The notes beneath the pieces were generated by a model, which searched no databases, was not told the DNA's origin, and saw only the letters and a list, made by a program, of their open reading frames with translations. This document shows, piece after piece, positions 32,949-42,336 of a DNA stretch of 47,335 nucleotides. The stretch's first letter is position 1. Each line of letters starts with the position of its first letter. Both the position numbers and the translations under genes were made by a program. Source of the DNA: Clostridia bacterium. Its GTDB lineage: Bacteria > Bacillota > Clostridia > Oscillospirales > CAG-382. Where the stretch lies: contig JAFYNA010000054.1 of assembly GCA_017549925.1 (NCBI GenBank), forward strand, positions 1-47,335, given 5' to 3'.

Positions 32949-33626
32949 ATGACGAACAACCGGCTTTCTCATATTTTTCGGGAGGGATTTCCCTTTTGGG
33001 AAGCGCTTTCCGACGCAGATAAAGATTCCCTCCTCCGTTCCTTCCATCAAGCTTCCTTCAAAAAAGGAACGCATTTCCACGACGGCAACGAATGCACCGG
33101 TATTATCCTTCTGAAAACGGGAAGTCTGCGGCTCTACCTTCTGTCGCCCGACGGAAAAGAAGTCACGCTGTATCGTCTCTATCCGGGAGACGTGTGCATT
33201 CTTTCTGCCTCCTGCTTGCTGGAGGCCATTACCTTCGACGTATCCGTGGATGCGGAGGAGGACAGCGAGTGCATCGTGGTGGGAAGCTGTGCCCTGGAGG
33301 AGCTTTCTCGCCGTATTCCCGCCGTAAAGCTTTACACCTTAGAGACAGCCCTGTCGCGCTTTTCCGACGTCATGTGGGTGATGCAGCAGATCCTCTTTAT
33401 GAGCATGGATAAACGGCTTGCCATCTTTCTGCTGGACGAATCCGCCAAAACGGGCTCGGACACCCTCAAGCTTACCCATGAGCAGATCGCCAAGTATATG
33501 GGTACCGCCAGGGAAGTGATCACCCGTATGCTGAAGTATTTCGTCTCGGAAGGGCTGGTTTCTTCCTCCCGTGGGGAAGGTATCCGCCTGCTGAACAAGC
33601 CCGGCCTGCGCCGTTTAACCCTCTAA
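32949..33626 (+). CDS. Crp/Fnr family transcriptional regulator
   Basis: cNMP-binding-like beta barrel (GIILLKTGSLRLYLLSPDGKEVTLYRLYPGDV) plus C-terminal HTH (LTHEQIAKYMGTAREVITRMLK). GGAGGG RBS. The ORF-track start at 32823 overlaps the tRNA. Confidence 0.88.
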   Translation: MTNNRLSHIFREGFPFWEALSDADKDSLLRSFHQASFKKGTHFHDGNECTGIILLKTGSLRLYLLSPDGKEVTLYRLYPGDVCILSASCLLEAITFDVSVDAEEDSECIVVGSCALEELSRRIPAVKLYTLETALSRFSDVMWVMQQILFMSMDKRLAIFLLDESAKTGSDTLKLTHEQIAKYMGTAREVITRMLKYFVSEGLVSSSRGEGIRLLNKPGLRRLTL

Positions 33627-33923
33627 CAGCCGCAAAAGCTCTTCCTTGGAGCGGTACCCCACAGCTTGCTTGTCAAGCTTACCGTCACGGAACACCATCA
33701 GCGTGGGAATGCTGACGATCCCCAGGGATCTTGCCAGAGCCTCTTCCTCGTCTACGTTAATTTTGGCCACGAAAACGTCGCTTCTCAGCTCTGCTACTTC
33801 CTCTACTACGGGAGCTACCATTTTGCAAGGGCCGCACCAATCGGCATAGAAATCTAAAAGGAGCAGACCTTCGTTTCTTTTTGCGTTTTCAAATTCCTGT
33901 TGGTTGATTTTTCTCACAGACAT
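33615..33923 (-). CDS. trxA: Thioredoxin
   Basis: 102 aa with the WCGPCK active site. AAGGAG RBS 9 nt before the ATG at 33923. The ORF-track extension to 34112 is not needed. Confidence 0.93.
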   Translation of the reverse strand: MSVRKINQQEFENAKRNEGLLLLDFYADWCGPCKMVAPVVEEVAELRSDVFVAKINVDEEEALARSLGIVSIPTLMVFRDGKLDKQAVGYRSKEELLRLLEG

Positions 33924-33986
33924 TTTTTCTCTCTCCTTTATTGTTGTTTTTGTACCCTTAGTATACCCCGGGATACAGTGCTTTTC

Positions 33987-34001
33987 CGTGACTTTGTCAC
34001 G
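33987..34001. promoter_or_regulatory. Perfect 15-bp palindrome, candidate operator in the trxA/malQ divergent region
   Basis: CGTGAC-TTT-GTCACG, ending 4 nt before the malQ -35. Confidence 0.3.
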
Positions 34002-34005
34002 AAGA

Positions 34006-34034
34006 TTGACATTTTTGCCATCCCGTGATATAAT
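34006..34034 (+). promoter_or_regulatory. Consensus promoter of malQ
   Basis: TTGACA (34006-34011), 17 nt, TATAAT (34029-34034) with TGa extended -10. Confidence 0.7.
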
Positions 34035-34072
34035 CATTTCAATACCACAAACAGAAAGTACGGTGATCATAC

Positions 34073-35500
34073 ATGGAACGTAAAAGCGGCGTGCTGATGC
34101 ACGTTTCTTCACTTTTCGGAAAATACTCCACGGGAAGCTTTGGCAAGGAGGCCAAGTATTTCGTGGATTTCCTTGCAGACTGTGGCTTCTCCTATTGGCA
34201 GGTTTTGCCCTTCTGCATGACGGACGAATATAACTCTCCCTATAAATCCTACTCCTCCTTCAGCGGCAACCCTTATTTCGTGGATCTTCCCACCTTGTGC
34301 GAGAAGGGCTTGCTCACCCCCGAGGAGCTGAAGGCGGCAGAGCAATCCTCTCCCTACCTTTGTGAGTTCGACCGCCTGCAGGAGGAACGCTTTGAGCTTC
34401 TCAAAGCCGCCTCGGCCCGCGTTCGGAACAAAGCGCCTATCAAGACCTTTATCGAGAACTCCCCCTATCTCAGCGCCTTCTGCCGCTTCATGGCATTGCG
34501 GGAGGCAAACGGCGGAACGCCTTGGCAGACTTGGACGGTGGAGACCCCCGACGAAAGCATCCTCTTCGCTTGGCAGTTCATCCAGTACGAGTTCTTCACC
34601 CAGTGGCAGGAGATCCGCAGCTATGCCAACGCCAAGGGTATCAAGCTCATCGGAGACATTCCCATCTACGTAGCGCTGGATAGCGCAGACGTTTGGTCCG
34701 CCCCCGATCAGTTCCAATTGGATAAAAAGCAAAACCCCACCCACGTGGCAGGAGTCTCTCCCGACTACTTCAGTGCCGACGGCCAGCTTTGGGGCAACCC
34801 CCTCTACAACTGGAAGGCTATGAAGCAGGATGGCTACCGCTGGTGGTGCGACCGTATCCGTCACATGGCAACCATGTTCGATACCGTCAGAATAGACCAT
34901 TTCCGCGCCTTCGCCTCCTATTGGTCCATCCCCGCCTCCTCCGAGACGGCAAAAGCAGGGAAGTGGATCAAAGGCCCGGGGCTGCCCTTTATCAAGGCTA
35001 TCAAGGCCGCCGCGGGGAAGACCGAGATCATCGCGGAGGACTTGGGGGACATCACTCCCGATGTCTATAAGCTGGTGCAGGACAGCGGCTTCCCCGGTAT
35101 GAAGGTGTTCCAGTTCGGCTTCCTTTCCGACGATAACAGCACCCACCTGCCCCATAACTATCCTGCCAACGCAGTGGCATATACCGGCACCCATGATAAC
35201 AACACCCTTTTGGGTTACCTTTGGGAGCTGGACGATCCCACCCGCCAAAAGATGCTTGCCTATTGCGGCCACTCCGGCGATTGGAAGAACGGTTGCGAGA
35301 GCATCATCCGCACCATGTTCATGAGCCACGCGGATCTGGTAATGATGCCCATCCAGGACCTTTTGGGCTACGGATGCGACACCCGTCTCAATACCCCCGG
35401 CAAAGCCGACGGCAACTGGGCGTACCGCATCACCAAGGAACAGCTGGATGCCATCCCCAAGGCCCGCTTCCTGGAATTGAACCGTATGTATCACCGCTAA
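34073..35500 (+). CDS. malQ: 4-alpha-glucanotransferase (amylomaltase, GH77)
   Basis: RKSGVLMHVSSLFG, YWQVLP, SPYKSYSSFSGNPYF, IGDIPIYV, RIDHFRAF, TGTHDN. Confidence 0.95.
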   Translation: MERKSGVLMHVSSLFGKYSTGSFGKEAKYFVDFLADCGFSYWQVLPFCMTDEYNSPYKSYSSFSGNPYFVDLPTLCEKGLLTPEELKAAEQSSPYLCEFDRLQEERFELLKAASARVRNKAPIKTFIENSPYLSAFCRFMALREANGGTPWQTWTVETPDESILFAWQFIQYEFFTQWQEIRSYANAKGIKLIGDIPIYVALDSADVWSAPDQFQLDKKQNPTHVAGVSPDYFSADGQLWGNPLYNWKAMKQDGYRWWCDRIRHMATMFDTVRIDHFRAFASYWSIPASSETAKAGKWIKGPGLPFIKAIKAAAGKTEIIAEDLGDITPDVYKLVQDSGFPGMKVFQFGFLSDDNSTHLPHNYPANAVAYTGTHDNNTLLGYLWELDDPTRQKMLAYCGHSGDWKNGCESIIRTMFMSHADLVMMPIQDLLGYGCDTRLNTPGKADGNWAYRITKEQLDAIPKARFLELNRMYHR

Positions 35501-35504
35501 CGCT

Positions 35505-35548
35505 AAAAAAAGAGTCAGCACAGAGATTTCTCCGTGCTGACTTTTTTA
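35505..35548. terminator. Bidirectional intrinsic terminator (malQ / minus-strand pur-SBP transcript)
   Basis: GTCAGCACAGAG-ATTT-CTCCGTGCTGAC (12 bp, 1 mismatch), flanked by AAAAAAA and TTTTTT. Confidence 0.85.
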
Positions 35549-35558
35549 CTTTTTGAAT

Positions 35559-37070
35559 TTACTCTTCCAGGTTTGCCAAGAAGTCGTCGATTGCCATCTG
35601 GTAAGAGGACTGCTTAGCTTCCAGGGTGGAGATGTGGCTGTTCTGACCGGAGATCAGAATATCGGTGTAGAAGCTGAGAATGGAGCTAAAGCTGTATACC
35701 GCGCCGATGTCGTAGGACTTGTTGCGGAACACCAGATCCAGCATTTCCTCAGACTCGGTATCCTCAAATCTCTTGTTCTTCAGCGTACGCTCGTAGTATT
35801 CCTGGGTCATCAGCTCCTGGCCGTAGTAAGCCATAGCTTCCATAGCGTAGCAGGTTGCATCCAGCTTCTCTACGTTGGTTACGGGGATACCCATAGCGGA
35901 GCACCAGTAAACGGTAACGGTGGAGGAGTAGTTCTCCTGCTCCTTGGATTCCTTGGGCATGGGGAGAATACCGTAGCGGATGTTCGCCTCACGCATAATG
36001 GGATCGGAAACGGTAGCCACCTTGTTAGGCATGAACAGCGCCTTGCCGTTGGCAAAGATCTGGGGCAGGGTACCGTAAACGTCGGACTGACCTCTGCCGG
36101 TAATCTCGGCAACTGCGATGCACTGCTTGTCGGAAAGCATATTGAAGATGGTCTCGTATGCTCTGACGTTGGATTCCTCAGCGATGGTGATGATGGGAGT
36201 GTTGTTGTCTACGCGGGTGAGGGTCTCGTCAGCCGCTACCATGAAGGCGTAGGAGTCATAGCACTGTGCAACCATGCCCCAGGTATCGTCGGGGTTGGGA
36301 GCATAATCCATGGTATCGCCTACCTGTCGGGTAACGTTCTTTGCGATCTGATACATCACGTCGATGGTCCAATCGCCGTTTCTTGCCAGATCATAAAGAG
36401 TCTCTGCACCGAATGCCTTGGCAACCTCGTTGTCGTTGGCGATGTCCTTGTTGAAGAACATTGCCCAGGTGGACTCGTCATCAGTAACCAGCGCGTCGCC
36501 GGTTGCAAAGAATACGCGGTCGTAAATGGTCAGATCCTTCAGCATCTGCTGATCCCAGTAGGGCTGGGTCAGATCGATGTAATCGTTGGACTCGATGTGG
36601 TTCAGGTCGATGAAGGTATCTTCCTTTGCGGCACCTGCCATGGAGATAATACCGGTTACGAAGATCTGATACTGATCCAGGTTGGATTGAACCTGAGCCT
36701 TTGCCTTGTTGGCAACGTCAGCCTGACTGTCAGCGTAGTGCTGCTCCAGAATGATGCCGTATTCCTGGGCAAGCAGTGCGGCACGGTTATAAGCCGCATC
36801 GTTAACGGGCTCGTTGTTCAGCTCGGTGGGAGCGACCTCGCAGGCCAGATAGTCGGAAGCCTTGTCGGTGAGAACCTTGATCACCACACCGCCGAAGTCT
36901 TCCTTGTCCAGACGGAATTTGTTTTCGTCTTCTACGGGATCCTTGTTGGTACCTTGGTCATCAACGGAAGGGGTTTCGGAGGTGGCTTCTTGTTCGTTAC
37001 AAGCCGCGAAAGCGGTTCCAACGAAGCAAAGGATCAACAGCAGGCAGAGAACTTTGTGGAACTGTTTCAT
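35559..37070 (-). CDS. ABC transporter substrate-binding lipoprotein (large family-1 sugar-type SBP), paralog 1
   Basis: Lipobox (GTAFAAC). ~500 aa. SBP family-1-like pattern. GAAAGGA RBS 9 nt before the ATG at 37070. Confidence 0.85.
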   Translation of the reverse strand: MKQFHKVLCLLLILCFVGTAFAACNEQEATSETPSVDDQGTNKDPVEDENKFRLDKEDFGGVVIKVLTDKASDYLACEVAPTELNNEPVNDAAYNRAALLAQEYGIILEQHYADSQADVANKAKAQVQSNLDQYQIFVTGIISMAGAAKEDTFIDLNHIESNDYIDLTQPYWDQQMLKDLTIYDRVFFATGDALVTDDESTWAMFFNKDIANDNEVAKAFGAETLYDLARNGDWTIDVMYQIAKNVTRQVGDTMDYAPNPDDTWGMVAQCYDSYAFMVAADETLTRVDNNTPIITIAEESNVRAYETIFNMLSDKQCIAVAEITGRGQSDVYGTLPQIFANGKALFMPNKVATVSDPIMREANIRYGILPMPKESKEQENYSSTVTVYWCSAMGIPVTNVEKLDATCYAMEAMAYYGQELMTQEYYERTLKNKRFEDTESEEMLDLVFRNKSYDIGAVYSFSSILSFYTDILISGQNSHISTLEAKQSSYQMAIDDFLANLEE

Positions 37071-37097
37071 TTGCAATGGTCCTTTCTTGTGTATTTT

Positions 37098-38624
37098 TTA
37101 ATTCAAAAATTGGTCTTCAAAATCGTCAATGGCTTCTTGGTATGCATCTCTCTTGGCATCCAAAGCGGAGATGTGGGTATTGACACCGGAAATCAAAATG
37201 GTATCGTAGAAGCCCAGCATATCGCCGGCGAAGTTCAAAACAATACCTACGTCATAGGTTCTATTGCGGAAGATGAGATCCAACATAGCCTCGGATTCTT
37301 CATCCTCAAACCGCTTGTTCTTCAGTGTTCTGTCGTAGTATTCGGGGGTCAGCATCTCCATGCCGTAGTAGGCAAGCGCCTCCATGGCGTAGCAGGTAGC
37401 GTCCAAATTGTCCACGTTGGTAGCGGGGATCGCCATGGCGGAGCACCACCAAACGGTAATGGTGGAGGTATAATCATCTTGCTCTTCGTTGATCTTGGGC
37501 ATGGGAAGCAGACCGTAGCGAATGTTGGCATTGCGCATTACGGGGTTGGAAACGGTACCGATCTTCTCGGGGGTGAACAACGCACCGCCGTTGGCAAAGA
37601 TCTGCACGATCTCCTCGTACTTGTTGGTAGAGGATCTGCCTTCCACCTCGGCCAATGCACAAACGGCCTTATCGTTGAGAATCCGATGAACCTTGTCGAA
37701 GGCTTCAATGTTTCCCTCGTCACCTACGGTGATATAGGGATATCCGTCATCGTCCAATGCAGTCATGGTATGACCTGCCGCTACGGTAAAGGTATAACCG
37801 TCGTAAGCCTGAGCACTGATGCCCCAAACGTCATCGGAGGAGGCAGACCAGCTCATGCCGTCGCCGTTGTCATTGACGACCTTCTTCGCCATCTCGTACA
37901 TCACGTCAATGGTCCATTTGCCTTGATCTACCAGATCGTAAAGGGAGCTTACCCCGTAGCCCTCGGCCAAAGCGTGATCCTTGGCAATATCCTTGTTGAA
38001 GAACACCGCCCAAGTGGCTTCGTCATCGGAAACAATGGCATCTCCGTTTACAAAAAAGTTGTGACCCATGACGGAGAGCTGCTTGTTGATCTTTTGATCC
38101 CAGTAGGGCTTTGAAAGATCAATGTACCCGTTTTCCAAAACGCCGATATCATGGTAAGCATCCTCTGCCACCAGCTTGGCAAGATAGTGCAGGGGAGCCA
38201 CCACGATCTGATAGCTGTCCATATTGTTCAGCACCATTTCACGAACGGTGTTGACCACATCGTTTTTGGTAGGAACCAGCTCCTGTACCAGATCAATGCC
38301 GTATTCTTGGCGGATCAGCTGCGCGCGGTCGTAAGCCATATCGTTAACGGGATCCGTGTTGATGGCCAAGGGCGCGATCTCAAAGGTCTGGTACTGGAAG
38401 CTTCCTTCCGTTTCGTAGGAAAGAGCCTTGATGGTCACCCCGCCAAAGTTTTCCTTTTCCAAAGGGAAGACGGTCTCGCTCACCGTGGAGTTATTCCCGT
38501 CTGCCGTGGCGGAGGATTCTCCGGAGGCATCCGAGGGGGTCACGGTGCTGCTGCAGGCGGCAAAGCCGGTTGCCGCCATACACAACAAAATGCACAAGCA
38601 TAAAATTCTGTAAATGTTTTTCAT
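37098..38624 (-). CDS. ABC transporter substrate-binding lipoprotein, paralog 2
   Basis: Lipobox (ATGFAAC). Long conserved blocks shared with paralog 1 (NIRYG[IL]LPMPK, DATCYAMEA.AYYG, TLKNKRFED). GAAAGG RBS 8 nt before the ATG, 20 nt after the purL stop. Confidence 0.85.
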   Translation of the reverse strand: MKNIYRILCLCILLCMAATGFAACSSTVTPSDASGESSATADGNNSTVSETVFPLEKENFGGVTIKALSYETEGSFQYQTFEIAPLAINTDPVNDMAYDRAQLIRQEYGIDLVQELVPTKNDVVNTVREMVLNNMDSYQIVVAPLHYLAKLVAEDAYHDIGVLENGYIDLSKPYWDQKINKQLSVMGHNFFVNGDAIVSDDEATWAVFFNKDIAKDHALAEGYGVSSLYDLVDQGKWTIDVMYEMAKKVVNDNGDGMSWSASSDDVWGISAQAYDGYTFTVAAGHTMTALDDDGYPYITVGDEGNIEAFDKVHRILNDKAVCALAEVEGRSSTNKYEEIVQIFANGGALFTPEKIGTVSNPVMRNANIRYGLLPMPKINEEQDDYTSTITVWWCSAMAIPATNVDNLDATCYAMEALAYYGMEMLTPEYYDRTLKNKRFEDEESEAMLDLIFRNRTYDVGIVLNFAGDMLGFYDTILISGVNTHISALDAKRDAYQEAIDDFEDQFLN

Positions 38625-38644
38625 AACGTTTGCCTTTCTGTTCC

Positions 38645-41600
38645 TTATTTGAAATAAGAAACAGCTGCGTCAAACATACCCAGATTGTAATTACCCTCCA
38701 CGTTACGGTACAGATAGTTACCGATACGCTCGGAGTGACCCATCTTACCGAAGACTCTGCCGTCGGGAGAGCAGATACCCTCGATGGCACAAACGGAATC
38801 GTTGGGGTTGAAGCGGATGTTAGAGGTGGGATTGCCCTCCAGATCCACGTACTGAGTTGCGATCTGACCGTTCTTGGCCAGATTTTCCACCCACTCGGCG
38901 GACGCATAGAAGCGACCCTCACCGTGGGAGATCGGAACGGTGTAAACCTCGCCGGGTTTGGCGTTCATCAGCCAGGGAGAAAGGTTGGTACAAACGCGGG
39001 TGCGAACCAAACGGGATTGGTGTCTGCCGATGGTATTGAAGGTCAGCGTAGGATCGGTCTCCAGGGTATCGCGGATCTCGCCGTAGGGAACAAGACCCAG
39101 CTTGATCAGTGCCTGGAAGCCGTTACAAATACCTGCCATCAAGCCGTCCTTTTCCTTCAACAGCTTGTGAACCGCATCCTTTACCTCAGCGGAACGGAAG
39201 AACGCGGTAATGAACTTACCGGAGCCGTCCGGCTCGTCACCGCCGGAGAAGCCGCCGGGGATGAAGATGATCTGGGATTCCTCCACACGCTTTGCAAAGT
39301 GATGTACGGATTCTGCAACGCTGGAGGCGGAGAGGTTGTTCAGCACAACGATCTCGGGCTCAGCACCGGCTCTTGCAAAGGCCTTTGCGGTATCGTATTC
39401 ACAGTTGGTGCCGGGGAAGACGGGGATCAGCACACGGGGCTTTGCCACCTTCACGTGGGCACTCTTGGGTGCGCCCTCGGTGTACAGGAAGGAGGGGATC
39501 TCCTTGCCGTTGCCCTGGGGAATGTTGCAGGAGAACACAGGCTCCAGCTTGTTCTCATAGAGATCGGAAAGCTCAGCCAGACAGAGGCATTCCTCGCCTT
39601 TGCAGATCTTAGCCTCCTCGGTGGTGTAACCCAACAGGATGCCGTCGGTCTCCTCGGTGCATTCTGCCAGAATACCGCCGTAGCAGTAGCCGAACAGAGT
39701 CACCATAGAAACCTCGGGGAGAAGCTTACAGCCCACACCGTTACCCAACGCCATTTTCAGCACTGCCTCTGCGATACCGCCGTAGGTGGGCGTGTATGCC
39801 GCCGCGACCTTACCGGCTCTCGCCAGTGCGGTAAACTTCTCGTATACCGCCAAGAGGGAAGCGGTCTCGGGCAGACCGTTTGCATCGTAAGCGGGACGGA
39901 ACAGATACAAAGGATGTCCGCCCTTCTTGAACTCGGGGGAGAGGATGTGATCGCCCTTCTCGGTGGTTACCGCGAAGGAGCAGAGGGTGGGAGGTACGTC
40001 GATCTTCTCGAAGGTACCACTCATAGAGTCCTTGCCGCCGATAGCCGCGATGCCCAAATTCTTCTGGGCCATAAAGGCACCCAGCAGCGCCGCCAAAGGC
40101 TTGCCCCAACGAGAGGGCTCCTTACCGGGCTTTTCAAAGTATTCCTGGAAGGTCAGATATACGTCCTCAAAGGAAGCACCGGTGGCGATCAACTTGGTGA
40201 CGGATTCCACAACCGCCAGATATGCGCTGTGGAAGGGGCTCTTCTCTGCGATGAAGGGATTGTAGCCCCAGCTCATCAAGGAGCAGGTGGAGGTTTCCTT
40301 CTTCTCGGTGGAAACCTTGTGTACCATAGCCTGGATGGGGGTCATCTGGTACTTACCGCCAAAGGGCATCAGTACGGTGCCTGCGCCGATGGTGGAGTCA
40401 AAACGCTCGGAAAGACCTCTGCGGGAGCAGATGTTCAGATCCTCTGCCAAATCCTTCATGCCCTTCGCAAAGTCTGCGGGGATCTCCTTGGCATAATCTT
40501 CGATCTTACCGGGAGCGATATCAATGTGCTTTTCAGCACCGTTGGAATTCAAAAATTCGCGAGAGATGTCTACGATGGTCTTGCCGTTCCAGGTCATGCG
40601 CAGTCTGGGCTCCTCGGTAACCACCGCAACGCGGGTGGATTCCAGGTTCTCGCCGTAGGCCAATTCGCCGAATCTGTCTGCATCCTCAGCGGCAACAACC
40701 ACTGCCATACGCTCCTGAGACTCGGAGATTGCCAGCTCGGTGCCGTCCAGACCCTCGTACTTCTTGGGTACGCGGTTCAGATCGATCATCAAGCCGTCTG
40801 CCAGCTCACCGATGGCAACGGAAACACCGCCTGCACCGAAGTCGTTACAACGCTTGATCAAGCGGGTAGCCTCGGGATTGCGGAACAAACGCTGAAGCTT
40901 GCGCTCCTCGGGAGCGTTACCCTTCTGCACCTCTGCACCACAGCTTTCCAGGGATTCCAGGGTGTGGGACTTGGAGGAGCCGGTAGCACCGCCACAGCCG
41001 TCACGGCCGGTACGGCCGCCCAACAGAATGATCACGTCGCCGGGGGCGGGACGCTCTCTGCGTACGTTCTCAGCGGGAGCCGCCGCGATCACCGCACCGA
41101 TCTCCATGCGCTTTGCCACGTAGCCGTCGTGGTACAGCTCGTCAACCATACCGGTAGCCAAGCCGATCTGGTTACCGTAGGAGGAATAGCCTGCCGCCGC
41201 GGTGGTAACGATCTTACGCTGGGGAAGCTTACCGGGCAGAGTCTCGGAAACAGCCTTCAAGGGATCTGCACCGCCGGTAACGCGCATTGCCGCATAAACG
41301 TATGCACGGCCGGACAAGGGGTCACGGATGGCACCGCCGATACAGGTAGCCGCGCCGCCGAAGGGCTCGATCTCTGTGGGGTGGTTGTGGGTCTCGTTCT
41401 TGAACAGAAGCAGCCAGTCCTCTTCCTTGCCCTCCACGTCAACCTTCATCTTCACGGTGCAGGCGTTGATCTCCTCGGATTCATCCAGCTTTTCCAGCTT
41501 TCCGGTGGTACGGAGATACTTGGTGGCAAGGGTAGCGATGTCCATCAGATTGATGGGCTTGGTGCGTCCCAGCTCTGCTCTGGTCTTTACGTATTCGTTG

Positions 41601-42334
41601 TAAGCATCCTGCAGAACAGCATCCTCAAACTTCACGCTGTCAATGGTGGTGGAGAAGGTGGTATGTCTGCAGTGATCCGACCAGTAGGTATCGATCATCT
41701 TGATCTCGGTAATGGTGGGATCTCTCTTTTCACTGCGGAAGTACTGCTGACAGAAACGAATGTCGTCTCCGTCCATTGCCAAACCGGCACCCTTGAGATA
41801 AGCCATCAGCTCCTCATCGGAGAAGTCGCAGAAGCCCTCAACGGTGTCAACCTCGGTGGGGATCACGTAGTCAGCCTTCAAGGTCTCTACGGTGTCCAGA
41901 GAAGCCATACGGCTTTCCACGGGATTGATAACGTACTTCTGAATAGCCGCAACGGATTCCTCAGAGAGGTTGCCGTACAGCAAATATACCTTCGCGGTGC
42001 GAACGGTGGGACGATCTCCCTGGGAAAGGATCTGGATACACTGGGCGGCAGAGTCTGCTCTCTGGTCGAACTGACCGGGGAGATACTCTACGGCAAAGAC
42101 TACGTCAGCGCCTTCGGGAAGCTCCGTATATACCGTATCCAGCTGAGGCTCGGAAAATACCGTTTTTACAGAAGAAGCAAACAAAGCCTCGTCGATATTT
42201 TCCACGTCGTAACGGTTCAAAAGCCGTACGTCGGTGAGCCCTTCGATTTGCAGCAGGGAAGTGAGATCGTTCTTCAGGCTTTGCGCCTCATGGGCAAGGC
42301 CTTCCTTCTTTTCTACGTAAATTCTGTATACCAT
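38645..42334 (-). CDS. purL: Phosphoribosylformylglycinamidine (FGAM) synthase, single-chain large form
   Basis: 1229 aa. N-terminal PurS-like region, AIR-synthase-like repeats, and a C-terminal glutaminase (..GICNGFQAL.., ..HGEGRF..). Confidence 0.96.
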   Translation of the reverse strand: MVYRIYVEKKEGLAHEAQSLKNDLTSLLQIEGLTDVRLLNRYDVENIDEALFASSVKTVFSEPQLDTVYTELPEGADVVFAVEYLPGQFDQRADSAAQCIQILSQGDRPTVRTAKVYLLYGNLSEESVAAIQKYVINPVESRMASLDTVETLKADYVIPTEVDTVEGFCDFSDEELMAYLKGAGLAMDGDDIRFCQQYFRSEKRDPTITEIKMIDTYWSDHCRHTTFSTTIDSVKFEDAVLQDAYNEYVKTRAELGRTKPINLMDIATLATKYLRTTGKLEKLDESEEINACTVKMKVDVEGKEEDWLLLFKNETHNHPTEIEPFGGAATCIGGAIRDPLSGRAYVYAAMRVTGGADPLKAVSETLPGKLPQRKIVTTAAAGYSSYGNQIGLATGMVDELYHDGYVAKRMEIGAVIAAAPAENVRRERPAPGDVIILLGGRTGRDGCGGATGSSKSHTLESLESCGAEVQKGNAPEERKLQRLFRNPEATRLIKRCNDFGAGGVSVAIGELADGLMIDLNRVPKKYEGLDGTELAISESQERMAVVVAAEDADRFGELAYGENLESTRVAVVTEEPRLRMTWNGKTIVDISREFLNSNGAEKHIDIAPGKIEDYAKEIPADFAKGMKDLAEDLNICSRRGLSERFDSTIGAGTVLMPFGGKYQMTPIQAMVHKVSTEKKETSTCSLMSWGYNPFIAEKSPFHSAYLAVVESVTKLIATGASFEDVYLTFQEYFEKPGKEPSRWGKPLAALLGAFMAQKNLGIAAIGGKDSMSGTFEKIDVPPTLCSFAVTTEKGDHILSPEFKKGGHPLYLFRPAYDANGLPETASLLAVYEKFTALARAGKVAAAYTPTYGGIAEAVLKMALGNGVGCKLLPEVSMVTLFGYCYGGILAECTEETDGILLGYTTEEAKICKGEECLCLAELSDLYENKLEPVFSCNIPQGNGKEIPSFLYTEGAPKSAHVKVAKPRVLIPVFPGTNCEYDTAKAFARAGAEPEIVVLNNLSASSVAESVHHFAKRVEESQIIFIPGGFSGGDEPDGSGKFITAFFRSAEVKDAVHKLLKEKDGLMAGICNGFQALIKLGLVPYGEIRDTLETDPTLTFNTIGRHQSRLVRTRVCTNLSPWLMNAKPGEVYTVPISHGEGRFYASAEWVENLAKNGQIATQYVDLEGNPTSNIRFNPNDSVCAIEGICSPDGRVFGKMGHSERIGNYLYRNVEGNYNLGMFDAAVSYFK

Positions 42335-42336
42335 GG

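Noticed and set aside
35553-38114. 853-aa plus-strand ORF spanning both SBP genes and their spacer
   Set aside because: It is a codon-aligned antisense shadow of two genes that share a frame. Its internal repeat pattern simply mirrors the SBP paralogy.
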